A stretch of 64,000 nt of DNA from a virus. Taxonomy: Duplodnaviria; Caudoviricetes. The stretch lies in IMG/VR virus record IMGVR_UViG_3300028833_000078, one strand, 5' to 3'. This document shows, piece by piece, positions 21,936 through 33,115 of the stretch. Below the pieces are notes generated by a model that was not told the DNA's origin, did not search any database, and was given only the letters and a program-made list of their open reading frames with translations. How positions within the stretch are numbered: the stretch's first letter is position 1; every line of letters starts with the position of its first letter. The position numbers and the translations under genes are program-made.

Positions 21936-22462
21936 TGGCAGTACAAAGAATATTAAGTTATTATGATGAAGAAGATAGAAAAATATTAAAATCAAAAAGT
22001 GAACCCGTTGATGATATATTATGTGAAGAAACTCAACAAATTATTCAAGATTTAAAAGATACTCTTTTAAATGAAAATGAAAAAACAAAAGGAGGAATTG
22101 TAGGACTTTCTGCAGTTCAAATCGGAGTTCTTAAACAAATTTGTGTAATTAAATATGATATATATTTTCTTACAATTATTAATCCTGTTGTCACAAAAAC
22201 AAGAGGAGAATTAATTTATAGAGAAAGTTGTGCTTCTAGTCCAGATACTTTTATTACAACACATAGATTTCAAAAAGTATGGGCTGATTATTATGATGAA
22301 AATAATAAGTTAAAACATGCTGATCAAGGTGGTTTATTCAGTGTTATACTTCAACATGAAATGGATCACTTTGAAGGAAAATGTTTAGTTGGAGAAGAAG
22401 CAATAAGAAGATTGGAAGAAAAGAAGGAGAATAATAAAAATGGGATTGATCAAGAAAATTAA
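21935..22462 (+). CDS. def: peptide deformylase
   Basis: GIVGLSAVQIG (motif 1), INP, ESCAS (variant of EGCLS), QHEMDHFEG (motif 3); GGAGG RBS before ATG 21935. Confidence 0.9.
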   Translation: MAVQRILSYYDEEDRKILKSKSEPVDDILCEETQQIIQDLKDTLLNENEKTKGGIVGLSAVQIGVLKQICVIKYDIYFLTIINPVVTKTRGELIYRESCASSPDTFITTHRFQKVWADYYDENNKLKHADQGGLFSVILQHEMDHFEGKCLVGEEAIRRLEEKKENNKNGIDQEN

Positions 22463-22973
22463 AATCAAAATAGGAGAAAGAAGATTAAAGAAAGATTTAA
22501 ATAAACATTTAGAAGAGATAGAAAAAGCTTATTATTTATTGGTTTCTAATTATACTTTTAATAAACATTTTGATTGGACAGAAGCTGATTATGAAGAATT
22601 ATATGATAGAGTTATAGATCATGACTCTGATAAATTTTCAAGTAAATTATTTGAGATTTATAGAAAATATTTATATCCTGTAAATAAGACAGAAAAAGAA
22701 TCCATTCGCGCCGAATTTGAAGAAGCAGTTAATGACCACAAAAATAATAATCGTCATCATTGGCAAGCTAGAATCGAAGACAATCCTGAAGAATTTACTT
22801 ATGACCAAAAGATGGATTGTTTTGAAGAAATTCTTGATATGATAGCTAGAATGGGAGAACAAAGTCTTGATTATTTTGAAGGATTCAAGAATGATATGCA
22901 TATTCCTGAAGTTCAAAAAGAATTTATGGAAAATATACTTTTTGATTTATATAAAAGTAAGGAGTCTTATTAA
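22440..22973 (+). CDS. HD-like / DUF5662-like protein
   Basis: HDSDK, HKNNNRHHWQ, EEILD. Confidence 0.55.
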   Translation: MGLIKKIKIKIGERRLKKDLNKHLEEIEKAYYLLVSNYTFNKHFDWTEADYEELYDRVIDHDSDKFSSKLFEIYRKYLYPVNKTEKESIRAEFEEAVNDHKNNNRHHWQARIEDNPEEFTYDQKMDCFEEILDMIARMGEQSLDYFEGFKNDMHIPEVQKEFMENILFDLYKSKESY

Positions 22974-23383
22974 TGAAGTTAATTAAGGGTAAGTTTAGAA
23001 ATAAAAAAAAGAAACAAACTAAAGTTGCTATTGGCAATTTATATGATTTAAATAAAAATTTAGTTACAAAAACAGTTTTACCTATGAATGAAGAAGAAAT
23101 AATAAATAAAAAGCAAATAATTTTAGATTTGCTTAATAATATCCCTCATGAATATATGATGTTATTATGTCATGACCGCAGAGATTATACAATTTTTCAA
23201 ATAGACAATAGTATAGAAGATTGCGTAAATATTCTTATTGATGAATGCTGTAAAAATCGCGGTCAGATTTGTTCGATTGAAAAAACCGAAGATGGACAAG
23301 CTATTGAAATTTGATTAAATATTAATAATGAGGCTTTTTGTTATTATTTCTTTTCATATTGTGAAGCAGTTATTAAATGTTAG
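22973..23383 (+). CDS. phage hypothetical protein (TGA=Trp)
   Basis: YMMLLCHDRRDYTIF...AIEI(W)LN...; ends TAG 23381. Confidence 0.65.
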
Positions 23384-23400
23384 TAAAGGAGTTGTGAAAA

Positions 23401-23682
23401 TTGGCTAACATAAAAATTTTGAGAAAGATGATTTGTGTATTACAACCTTTTGCTCCAAGTCAATTAGTTTTTGTTTATGAAAATGGAAATAAAATTGATG
23501 CTGCAGAAGTCGAAATAGATAATCTTATAAATCAAATTTTATCTTTTTGTGATAAATATTATTTGTCAAAAGTCTCTTTCACAGGCCCAATTCAATATGC
23601 AAGAGGAATTGGTAAAAAAGTTCAAGAAAAATTTATTACTGAATATGGAAGAGAAATAGAAATAGAATATTTAAATAACTAG
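23401..23682 (+). CDS. hypothetical protein
   Basis: AAGGAG RBS, TTG start, operon position. Confidence 0.6.
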   Translation: MANIKILRKMICVLQPFAPSQLVFVYENGNKIDAAEVEIDNLINQILSFCDKYYLSKVSFTGPIQYARGIGKKVQEKFITEYGREIEIEYLNN

Positions 23683-23691
23683 GAGGAAATA

Positions 23692-23958
23692 ATGAAATTT
23701 CTTTTAAGAGTAACTGAGGAATATAGAGTTGATAGTGAAAATGAAGCAACTCAATTAGAAGAAAAATGTAAAAAAGATAGCGCTTATCAAGTTATCAAAT
23801 GTACTAAACAATATAAAGAAAGAAAACAAAAGGGAGAAGTAGTAGATGCTTGGTATAAAGTGACTATTACAAAACAATTCACAGATGAAAAAGAACCTAT
23901 AAATATTTATACTCCAAACTATACTTTAGGAAGTACATTTGATAAGGAGGAAGATTAA
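23692..23958 (+). CDS. hypothetical protein
   Basis: AGGAGG RBS; TAATG coupling to dut. Confidence 0.65.
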   Translation: MKFLLRVTEEYRVDSENEATQLEEKCKKDSAYQVIKCTKQYKERKQKGEVVDAWYKVTITKQFTDEKEPINIYTPNYTLGSTFDKEED

Positions 23959-24398
23959 TGGAATCAACAATTAATATAAAATTGCTTAATGAGTTTGCAA
24001 AAATTCCAACTCGCGGAAGTGAGGATGCTGCAGGATATGATTTGTATGCAGCAACAGATGGCCCAATTCGTATACCCGCACATAGAACGATTCTAATCGG
24101 AACAGGATTAAGTATGGCGTTACCAAAGGGGACTTTTTTAGGAATATATCCAAGAAGCGGTCTTGCAACAAAACAAGGATTAAGACCTGCAAATTGTGTT
24201 GGTGTAGTAGATTCTGATTATCGCGGAGAAATTAAAGTAGCTCTACACAATGATACAGATAATGATAAAGATATATTAGCAGGAGAAAGAATTGCTCAAG
24301 GAATTTTACATTCTTATATTCCAATGCAATTTAATATGGTTGAAGAATTAGATAAAACTGAAAGAGGAGCTGGAGGCTTTGGAAGTACAGGAAAATAA
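23958..24398 (+). CDS. dut: trimeric dUTPase
   Basis: [38 protein letters not shown]. Confidence 0.97.
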   Translation: MESTINIKLLNEFAKIPTRGSEDAAGYDLYAATDGPIRIPAHRTILIGTGLSMALPKGTFLGIYPRSGLATKQGLRPANCVGVVDSDYRGEIKVALHNDTDNDKDILAGERIAQGILHSYIPMQFNMVEELDKTERGAGGFGSTGK

Positions 24399-25614
24399 TA
24401 TAGATAATAAAATTTTTCAAATTTTAAAGAAAGAAGAAAAAAGGCAACAAGAGAATATAGAATTAATTGCAAGTGAAAATTATGCATCAAAAGCAGTTCG
24501 CCAATTACAAGGAAGTATTTTTACTAATAAATATGCTGAAGGCTATCCTGGAAAAAGATATTATGGCGGTTGCGAGTATATTGATGAAATGGAACAGCTT
24601 GCTATTGACTATGCTTGCCAATTATTTAATTGCAAATATGCTAATGTACAACCTCATTGTGGAAGCTCTGCAAATATGGCGGTATATAGAGCGCTACTTC
24701 AGCCTGGAGATACTGTGCTAGGTATGAATTTAAATTCTGGAGGACATTTAACTCATGGCCATAAAATGAGTTTTAGTGGGCAAGACTATAATATTGTTAG
24801 TTATGATGTTAATGAAAATGGTTTCATTAATTATGCGGAAATCCGCGATATTGCGGTCAAGACCAAGCCAAAGATGATTATAGCGGGAGCTTCCGCATAC
24901 TCAAGAGCTATTGATTTTAAAATATTTAAAGAGATAGCTGATGAAGTTAATGCCTACCTAATGGTAGACATGGCTCATATTGCTGGACTAGTTGCCGCAG
25001 GATTACATCAAAATCCTTGTGATTATGCTGATGTAGTTACTTCTACAACACATAAAACATTAAGAGGTCCAAGAGGTGGAATTATATTAACTAATATTGA
25101 AGAAGTTATGAAAAAAATAAATAAAACTGTTTTTCCTGGTATTCAAGGCGGTCCGCTAGAACATATAATTGCCGCAAAAGCACAATGTTTTTATGAAGCT
25201 CTACAACCTGAATTTAAAATTTATCAGGAACAAGTTTTAAAAAATATTCAAGCTATGGCTGATAAATTTAAAGAACTTGGAGATAAAATTATTAGTAATG
25301 GAACTGATAACCATTTAATTTTATTAGATGTTTACAATTCATTTAATTTAACTGGTGCAGAAGCAGAAAAAATTTTGGATAGCATTCATATTACAGTAAA
25401 TAAAAATACTATTCCAAATGAGACTTTAAGTCCTGTTAAAGCAAGCGGAATCCGCATAGGTAGTCCCGCAATGACAACAAGAGGATTTAAAGAAGAAGAT
25501 TTTATTCAAGTAGCGGAAATTATTCATAATGCATTAAAATCTCCAAATTCCGCAAGTGAATATATTGATAAAGTTCTTGAATTAACTAAGAAATTTCCTA
25601 TTGAAGGAGAATAA
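24379..25614 (+). CDS. glyA: serine hydroxymethyltransferase
   Basis: [53 protein letters not shown]. Confidence 0.97.
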   Translation: MEVQENNIDNKIFQILKKEEKRQQENIELIASENYASKAVRQLQGSIFTNKYAEGYPGKRYYGGCEYIDEMEQLAIDYACQLFNCKYANVQPHCGSSANMAVYRALLQPGDTVLGMNLNSGGHLTHGHKMSFSGQDYNIVSYDVNENGFINYAEIRDIAVKTKPKMIIAGASAYSRAIDFKIFKEIADEVNAYLMVDMAHIAGLVAAGLHQNPCDYADVVTSTTHKTLRGPRGGIILTNIEEVMKKINKTVFPGIQGGPLEHIIAAKAQCFYEALQPEFKIYQEQVLKNIQAMADKFKELGDKIISNGTDNHLILLDVYNSFNLTGAEAEKILDSIHITVNKNTIPNETLSPVKASGIRIGSPAMTTRGFKEEDFIQVAEIIHNALKSPNSASEYIDKVLELTKKFPIEGE

Positions 25615-25616
25615 AA

Positions 25617-26225
25617 ATGAATAATACTAATGTAAATATAACTAATTTTTATGTTGATTGGCAAGCAATAAAATCCGCATGTATGACCACAATTAGAAAA
25701 GAAGCTGGAGATAAAGAGCCATCTTCTATATGAAAAAGAAAACTATTATTAGCAGAACATAGTCCTATTAGACGTTCATTAATTAGTTGGAAATGGGAAG
25801 AAATTCCTTATGCTATATCTACTCACTTTGCAAGACATCATGAGGGGGTAGAAAAATTTGTAGGAACCTCAAGAACAGATAGAACTGGGGTTGATAGATC
25901 TCAACGCAGTCAAATGGATGTTGTTCCAATGGAAATGGATGCTAATATCCAAGGATTAATTAATATTTCTTTAAGACGTTTATGCACTTGCGCAGACCCT
26001 ATTACAAGAGCCTACTGAAAAGATTTATTATTAAAAATAAAAGAATATGATGAAGATATTTACTGGGCTTGCGTTCCGCAGTGTGTTCGCCATGGAGGAT
26101 GCGTTGAATTTCAAAATTGTGGATTTTATGATAAATTAATGGAAAATATAACAAAAGAAGAACAACAAAGTTTAATGAAAAGATATGATATTTATAATGA
26201 ATTTAGAAATAAAGATGTTAAATAA
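25617..26225 (+). CDS. thyX: ThyX-like flavin-dependent thymidylate synthase (TGA=Trp x2); absent from the ORF track
   Basis: AEHSPIR, STHFARH, TSRTDR, RRLCTCA, PQCVRHGGCVEFQNCG; follows dut and glyA; hairpin and T-run at 26208-26241. Confidence 0.75.
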
Positions 26226-26249
26226 CATCTTTATTTTTTTTATTATTTT

Positions 26250-26278
26250 TTGACAAAGAATAAATTTTATATTATAAT
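26250..26278 (+). promoter_or_regulatory. consensus sigmaA promoter for the glycosyltransferase pair
   Basis: TTGACA-17-TATAAT. Confidence 0.8.
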
Positions 26279-26302
26279 TATAAATAGAGAGGAGCGGTTA
26301 AA

Positions 26303-26923
26303 TTGGAGACAGAAAATAAAATTCCAAAAAGGATTATATATTGTTGATTTGGCGGAAAAGACAAACCTGAAAATGTGCAAGCCTGTATGAAAACTTGAAA
26401 AGAGCAGATGCCAGATTGAGAATATATAGAAATAAATGAAGATAATTTTGATATTAACAATAACAAATTCGCAAAAGAAGCTTATGAAAATAAAAAATGA
26501 GCTTTTGTTTCAGACGTAGCCAGACTTTGAGGGTTATATACTTATGGCGGAATTTATATGGATACTGATGTCACAGTATTTAAACCTTTAGATAGATTTT
26601 TAGTTCATGAATGTTTTACTGGATTTGAAAGTCCTCATTATCCAGTTGCCGCAGTTATGGGCTCGACTAAAAATAATAAATTTATTAAAGAATTACTATC
26701 CCTTTATGATAATAAAACTTTTGAAGTTAAAGATAATTGGTATGAATATGAAACAAATACAATGTTACTAGGAACTGCTATTGGAAAATATATTGATAGA
26801 GATAAAAATATTTATCAAGAATCTCCTCAAATTATTGTTTATCCAAGAAAAATTTTTACATATAATGACAACCAAGATGGAACAGAATATACTAGACATA
26901 ATATGTTTGGTTCTTGGGGTTAG
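26303..26923 (+). CDS. GT32-like (DXD) glycosyltransferase (TGA=Trp x5)
   Basis: IPKRIIYC(W)FGG, MKT(W)K, K(W)AFVSDVARL, YGGIYMDTDV. Confidence 0.9.
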
Positions 26924-26931
26924 GAGGCATA

Positions 26932-28071
26932 ATGGAACAAAAACAAAAAACAATATATGTTTATCAATGCCACATTTGCCAAATAGGTGGAGTTGAAACT
27001 TTTTTATATAACTGATGTTATGAATTAAGACATTATTATGATATTACTGTTTTTTATAGCTCTGGAGATCCCTTGCAATTAGAGCGTTTACAAAGATTAG
27101 TTAAAACTCAAGTTTATAACCCAAAAGAAACATATACTTGCGATATTTTCTTAAGGAATTCAGTATGAGGCCAAGTTCCAGATAATTTTATCTCAAGAGA
27201 CGGAAGATATCTTGAAATGCGTCATGCTGATTATAAATGATTACTAGATCGCGGAGTTCTTTATGAACAATATCATAAATTTAATAAAACTAATGAAGTA
27301 ATAGCTTGCGCAGAACATGTAGGCAAAAAAAGTCATGAAGTTCTTGGAGATAATCCTATAACTATTTTAAATATATTAAAAGAACTTCCGCCAAAAAAAT
27401 TAAGATTAATTAGTTGTACTAGAATTGATAGTCAAAAGGGCTGAGACCGCATGAAGCGTATGGCATATATGATGAATGCGGTGAACATAGATTTCCAATG
27501 AGATATTTATACAAATGGGCCAACAGACAATTCTATTCAACAAATTATTTTTCATAAACAAACATTTGATATTTGAGATGAGCTAAGAAGATCTGACTAT
27601 TGCGTTTTATTATCGAATGCGGAAGGGTGTCCTTATACAGTATTAGAAGCTTTACAATGCCAAGTCCCTTGCATCGTTACTGCAGTAGATGGTTGTATGG
27701 AACTAATTAAAGATGGGGTTAATGGGTATATAGTTCCTCTTGATATGAATTTTGATATAAATAAAATTTTAAAAATTCCAAAATGTCCACCTTATGATAA
27801 TAAAGCAAAAGAAAAATGGCTTGAACTCTTAGGAAATCCAGTTTATATTAAAAAAGAATTTAGGAATATTTCTCAGGTTTTAGTAGAAGCATTAGACACA
27901 TATGAAAAATTAAGATTAAAAGATGGTGAATTACAGTCTATCCCTAAACGCGGACAAAGGTGAATGGTATCTGAAACTAGATTAGAAATTCTACTTGGAA
28001 GAAATAAATATAATAAACCTTTTGTTAAAGTTGTTCCAATTGAAACAAAAGAAGATAATGAAAGTATTTAA
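26932..28071 (+). CDS. GT4-like (GT-B) glycosyltransferase with a C-terminal extension (TGA=Trp x7)
   Basis: IGGVETF, TRIDSQKG, SNAEGCPYTVLEAL (EX7E), ELIKDGVNGYIV; ends TAA 28069. Confidence 0.85.
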
Positions 28072-28106
28072 AAGGATTTAATTTTATATTAAGTCCTTTT
28101 ATTTTT

Positions 28107-28135
28107 TTGCCTTCTAAAAAAATTTTTGATAGAAT
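28107..28135 (+). promoter_or_regulatory. sigmaA-type promoter after a terminator-like hairpin (28072-28108)
   Basis: TTGCCT-17-TAGAAT with TGn. Confidence 0.55.
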
Positions 28136-28157
28136 AAAGTTAGAAGGAGAGAGATAA

Positions 28158-28656
28158 ATGATTTTAGCTTTAGATTTAAGCACAAAAAGTAGTGGTTGAG
28201 CAATTTATGATAAAAATAATTTAATCGCATCTGGATGTATTACTGCGACATCTTCTGACTTAATTGAAAGAATAATAAAAATAACGAAAGAATTAGATGA
28301 AGAAATTTTAAAAAAATATAATATTCATGAAGTAATTGCTGAAGAAGTTCAACCTACTGGTGGTTATGGAGTAGGAAATCAAAAAACACATAAAGCATTA
28401 ATGTGAATACAAGCTTCTATTGCTTTATTACTTCATCCTTATCATATAAAATTTAATTTTGTATATCCAAATTCATGGCGTTCACAATGCGGGATTAAAA
28501 CGCGGTCGTGGTATCACTAGAGAAACATTAAAACAAAAAGATATTGAATTTGTTAAAAATAAATTTAATAAAATTGTTAATGATGATGAAGCAGATGCTA
28601 TTTGTATTGGATATGCTTATACATTATCAAGTGCTAATGAAATAAATTTTGAATAA
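28158..28656 (+). CDS. ruvC: RuvC-like Holliday junction resolvase (~165 aa; TGA=Trp x2; +1 shift at CGG 28503)
   Basis: MILALDLSTKSSG(W)A, VIAEE, PNSWRSQCGIKT-G-RG, NDDEADAICIG. The last catalytic Asp motif is present only in the +1 frame. Confidence 0.85.
28503..28506 (+). other. CGG +1 frameshift site (ACG c GGT)
   Basis: Frame 0 stops at TAG 5 codons later; the +1 frame reaches DDEADA. Confidence 0.85.
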
Positions 28657-28698
28657 AAAAAGAACCCTAGAGATTAATTTCTCTAGGGTTTATTTTTA
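28655..28698. terminator. bidirectional terminator where the two genome arms converge
   Basis: A-run, AACCCTAGAGA-TTAATT-TCTCTAGGGTT hairpin, T-rich tail. Confidence 0.85.
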
Positions 28699-29013
28699 TG
28701 CTTGTAAAACAAAATCTATAATTGTTTCATCATCTACGTTTTGCTGTGGAATAATAGATACTACTTTTGTATTTCCTATTTCATAAATACCAGTTGAACC
28801 AATTTTAATTGGTATTACTGATGTTGTATTATCATTTAATTTTATATTAAATATTGCATTTATATCAGATTTTATTCCTAAATGCCAAACATAACAATTA
28901 GTATTAAAATTACCTTCTGTAGAAGCTTGAGCTTTTATTTTTGCCATAATATCTTCTCCTGCAGAAAAAGGTCCAATGACTTGATCTTGGTATAAATTTT
29001 TAGTATTAGCCAT
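28696..29013 (-). CDS. small tail-associated protein
   Basis: AGGAGGAG RBS; IKIGSTGIYEI motif shared with neighbouring tail genes. Confidence 0.65.
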   Translation of the reverse strand: MANTKNLYQDQVIGPFSAGEDIMAKIKAQASTEGNFNTNCYVWHLGIKSDINAIFNIKLNDNTTSVIPIKIGSTGIYEIGNTKVVSIIPQQNVDDETIIDFVLQA

Positions 29014-29028
29014 TTTTATCTCCTCCTA

Positions 29029-30342
29029 TTAAGGATTGCTTTCTTCATCAGGGCCATCTTCTTCTATAAACCAAGGGCTTCCTTCAGCAAAAACTGGATC
29101 TGGTTCAGGATCTCCTTGTTGAGGTTCCTCAGCGACTAACGCTCCTGTTGCATTCATAGAACCTGTATAACTATAATAAGGACTATCTCCATTATTAAAA
29201 GTGATTTTTAAATAACCTGCCGCACCAGTTACATTAGTAACCCATTTTATTGCTTTTGGATAAGAGACAACAACATTATCATTTTCATCATAAAAAGTTA
29301 AAGTCCCGTCATTAGCCATAGCAACATTATTTACTCAATTAAATTCTCAATTTACAGATTCTCCATTATTATAATATACAACAATTTTTCCTTCTTCTCC
29401 TTGGTCTTCTCCGTTTATAACGATATGATCAATCCATTTAACTGCATTACTAAAAGTAGTATCATCTTGATTAGTATAAGAAACTGTGATGGTTCCTTCT
29501 TCATCCATATCAATATTGCTAATCATATTATAATCTCCAAGATAATAATCTACTCCAATAGGAGTACCAGTTTGATCATAATTATAAGCAGTATAAATTA
29601 GATATTCTTTATCTTCTTCTAGCGTTACAGTTTGTCCAGAAATACCAGTTGGAAGAACCTCTCCTCCATCTGCAAGATATGTTCTTAAATTTTTAAAAGC
29701 ATCTCCTTTAATTCCATGAGGAATTTTAAATTTTCATTTTTCATAAAAATATTTATCGCTATAATCAATATAATCAGATTGACCTTCTGTACCTTCGTGT
29801 CAGATACGTTCAGCAGAAGCCCCTACATAAGGAGATTCGTCCTCTGCAGTAATATCTATAACCATATAAGGAATTTTAAATCCTATCCACGCAGTGGTTT
29901 CTACTCCATTAGCATCTCTAATTGAACAATAAATATATTGAATATCATTATTAAATTGAATATTTTGATTTTCATCTATATATTTTCCTGGAAGTAGATC
30001 ATCACCATCAACAGTATAAGTACCTGTTGCTTTATGGTCTCCTGTATGAATAGTTTTATCATCTATATCATCATAATGATCTAATATTAAATGAGGAGCT
30101 TTACCTGAAGGACCAACAATTTGTCCTATATATTTAGCCCCATCTAATTCTCTACAATAAATCTTTCCATTATCTGCGTCATTTTTATTTGGAGTATCGA
30201 TAATAACATATTCTCCATAAGCAACAGTTTTATAATTTACTCCTTGAGCAAAAGCCGCATTCATATCTGTAATACTTTCAAAAGAGGCAGTAATTGTAAA
30301 AGAAATACCTCTTCTTCCTCCATAAAAACTATTATATTCCAT
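29029..30342 (-). CDS. tail fibre/appendage-like protein with internal repeats (TGA=Trp)
   Basis: ORFs 29800..30342 and 29029..29319 share a frame joined by TGA; four repeats of the type (W)VxNVxxxxxGTLTxxxNN. Confidence 0.7.
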
Positions 30343-30357
30343 TTGTCTGCCTCCTTT

Positions 30358-31035
30358 CTAATATTGATAATCTAAAATAAAAGGTTTTAAAGTTTCATTT
30401 TGTGTCTCTTGGTAATAAATAAATCCTAAAAAAGAAATTGAATATCCATGATTAACTTCATATATTCCAGAACGTCCAATTTGAATTCCTTCTCCATCAA
30501 TGCACATTTTTAAACCAATAGGACCTTGAACACCTATTTGTTTTAATTTATTTATATTTCCGAGTCAACCTATAACATTATTAATTTCCGCAAGTTTTAT
30601 CACTTGTAAAGTAACAATTCTTTTATCTCATCCAGCCACCCTGTTTAAAAGAAAATCAATACGATCATAAATTTCATCTGGACTTATGACTAATTCAAAA
30701 TCAGCATATTCTGTTGATGGTCCTGCAGGAATAGTAATTGTTTTTAAAATTTGTCGATCTTCATCTAATGGATTCTGATGAGCTAATTTAATTGTAATAC
30801 TTTGAATTCCAGAAATAATAATTCCTTGCTCTTCTCTATCAGGCATTTTTTGAATTTTAAATTTTAAATAATAACATTTTTGAACATCTGAAATTGCGCT
30901 ACCTATTTGACACAATAAAATAGGATCTTTTGTACTATCTTCATGTTCTATATAACTTTGTGTATAATTTATATTTGTTACATATTCATGACTTCCATCA
31001 TTAACACCTAAAAATTGACTAAAATTATAAGCCAT
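30358..31035 (-). CDS. tail-associated protein (TGA=Trp x2)
   Basis: Read-through gives KQIGVQGP...IQIGRSGIYEV...ILDYQY-TAG, ending at the next RBS. Confidence 0.7.
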
Positions 31036-31050
31036 ATTATTCTCCTTTCT

Positions 31051-33115
31051 TTAAAATCTTTCTAATGCTCTGGTAGCTGAAATAGACATGTTTCCATTAA
31101 TAGCTAAAGGAATTGAAATAGTAGAAATAATATAATCTCCATATATATCACTTTCTAAATCATTCACTGTTATACGAGTATTAGGTTCTAAATAAAAAAT
31201 TGGAATTGATTGAATTGTAATTCCCTCATTATAATTTGTATATTCATATAATAATTCTCTTATTTTTACATAGGCAGAATTTAAATTTCCACCAGTAGCT
31301 AATAAACTATAAACAGAAGGTTCAACCTGTAAAAATTTTTGTCCTTTTGCTATAGCCTCATTTCTACGGATATCTGTATCTGGTTGTCCAGTTTCTATTA
31401 ATATATAATCATAACTTGCCACATCTGGTTCAAATATACAATTTATATTATTATCATTTACAACTTGGCTACGACGACCAATATTAGTAATATTTAATTC
31501 ATTAATTGCAGCTCCAACATCTATAAAATCTAAAAAATACTCTAAATCTTCTGGTCTATCAATATAATCTTGATAAAAATTTCCATTTTCAATATCATAA
31601 ATTTTAGGTCATTCATTTAAAAGCTCTGCATAATAAGAATTTGTTCATGTTGCCGTAGGTTCTGCTTCAACCCCTTGAAGATATAATTCTGTTCTTCAAT
31701 CTCAAGCAAAAATTGTTGTTAAAGGAGAATTTTCAACTAATTTCATTTCTCCATCTTTTCAAGTATATATATGTCCAGTATCTTTAGCAATATAAAAATT
31801 TCCTTCCGCTCCTTGTATAGATAATAATTCTACTTCTGTTGCAAAATAAATTGGTTTTTTTACTTTTGTTATTTTATCATCGGGATCTTCATAGAAAAAT
31901 AATCCAGAATGTCTCCCATAATAAGGAGTTTCATTTTTCCCATTATGTTCCCCATATCCTTGAATTTTTGGTTTAGAATCAATGGCTAAATGATATCTAA
32001 TAGGAACATCATTTCCATTAGCATTCTTTTTAATACCTCAAACTAAAAAATCATTTTTAATATTTTGATAATTTGGGTTATTTTGAAAAGAAGATATTAA
32101 TACACTATCTTCAAAAGTATAAACTGCTTTATTATGAGATAAATCTAAACTATAATTATTTGTATTTATATTATCAATAACTATTTTTGTTTCAGTATTA
32201 TTTAAATAATTTTTAATTTCTTGAAAATGAAAATTTCCATATATATCATAAAAATATTCAAAATTACCTAAATAATTTTTAATTTTATCTAATTGTGTGC
32301 AAATACTTGATCCAGCATCTGCAACTAAATCATCTGTATAAACAAAGTCTGTATATATAAATCCAACATCATCTTGATATTGATGAGTTGTAACTATTCT
32401 TTCATTTTTTTTAGCTTCATTATAATTTGTTGTAAGAACAGAGTTATTTTCATTAACTCCTGTATAAATAGGCTGATTTCCTAATCATTTCATTACCATC
32501 TTAACTCTATTATCTAAATCTTCTACAAAAATTTTATCTAAATTTTCTCCACCTAAATGATTAACTAATTCAGTAATAATTTGAACAATAGGAACTTTTT
32601 TAGTAATTCAATTTCCATTTTCATCAATAGTATCGTATTGATCTAATTGTACAGAAGACTGAATAATACCACCCATTTCTCCATTTAATAAGCACATTTT
32701 ATCTTTAAAAGTTGCCTGTAAATTTGTTCCTCCTGTACTATGAGTAGAACTTATTGCACTAGTAACAAATATACCTTGAGGATATCATATAATAGGATAA
32801 TCAATATAATCTTCAGTCATATTTTTTAGTCCAATTAAAATTTGGACTTTTTTATTTAAAGAAATTAAATTATCAAGTGAAGTAATTCCTCCTAATTCTT
32901 GATCACTAATAAAAATATTTAAAGAACAAGTTCTTCTTACTGCGGATTTTCCGGTCTAAATTAATATTTCCGCCAGTAATAATTCCTTGTATATCTTGAA
33001 CAGGATTTTCTTGTCAGTCTAAGATAGTGATTTTTACATATTGTTCAGTTAAATGAAGTCTATCCATTTTCTTTAAAAAATCACTATCTGACAAATAAGG
33101 ATAATTAAACTGCAT
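31051..33115 (-). CDS. tail-tip/baseplate hub-like protein (~687 aa; many TGA; +1 shift at CGG 32953)
   Basis: GGNINLD-G-KSAVRRTCSL, YPQGIF, FKDKMCLLNG, YFYDIYGNFHF; C-terminal IPIFYLEPNTRITV...GDYIISTISIPL. The frame after the shift matches ORF 31051..31422. Confidence 0.75.
32950..32953 (-). other. CGG +1 frameshift site (GAC c GGA)
   Basis: Needed to connect ATG 33115 to the remaining ~630 codons. Confidence 0.8.

Noticed and set aside
21110-26923. TGA as Gly (code 25) or selenocysteine
   Set aside because: TGA aligns with conserved Trp positions (YCWFG, HNPETW, WTGY, KWAFVSD).
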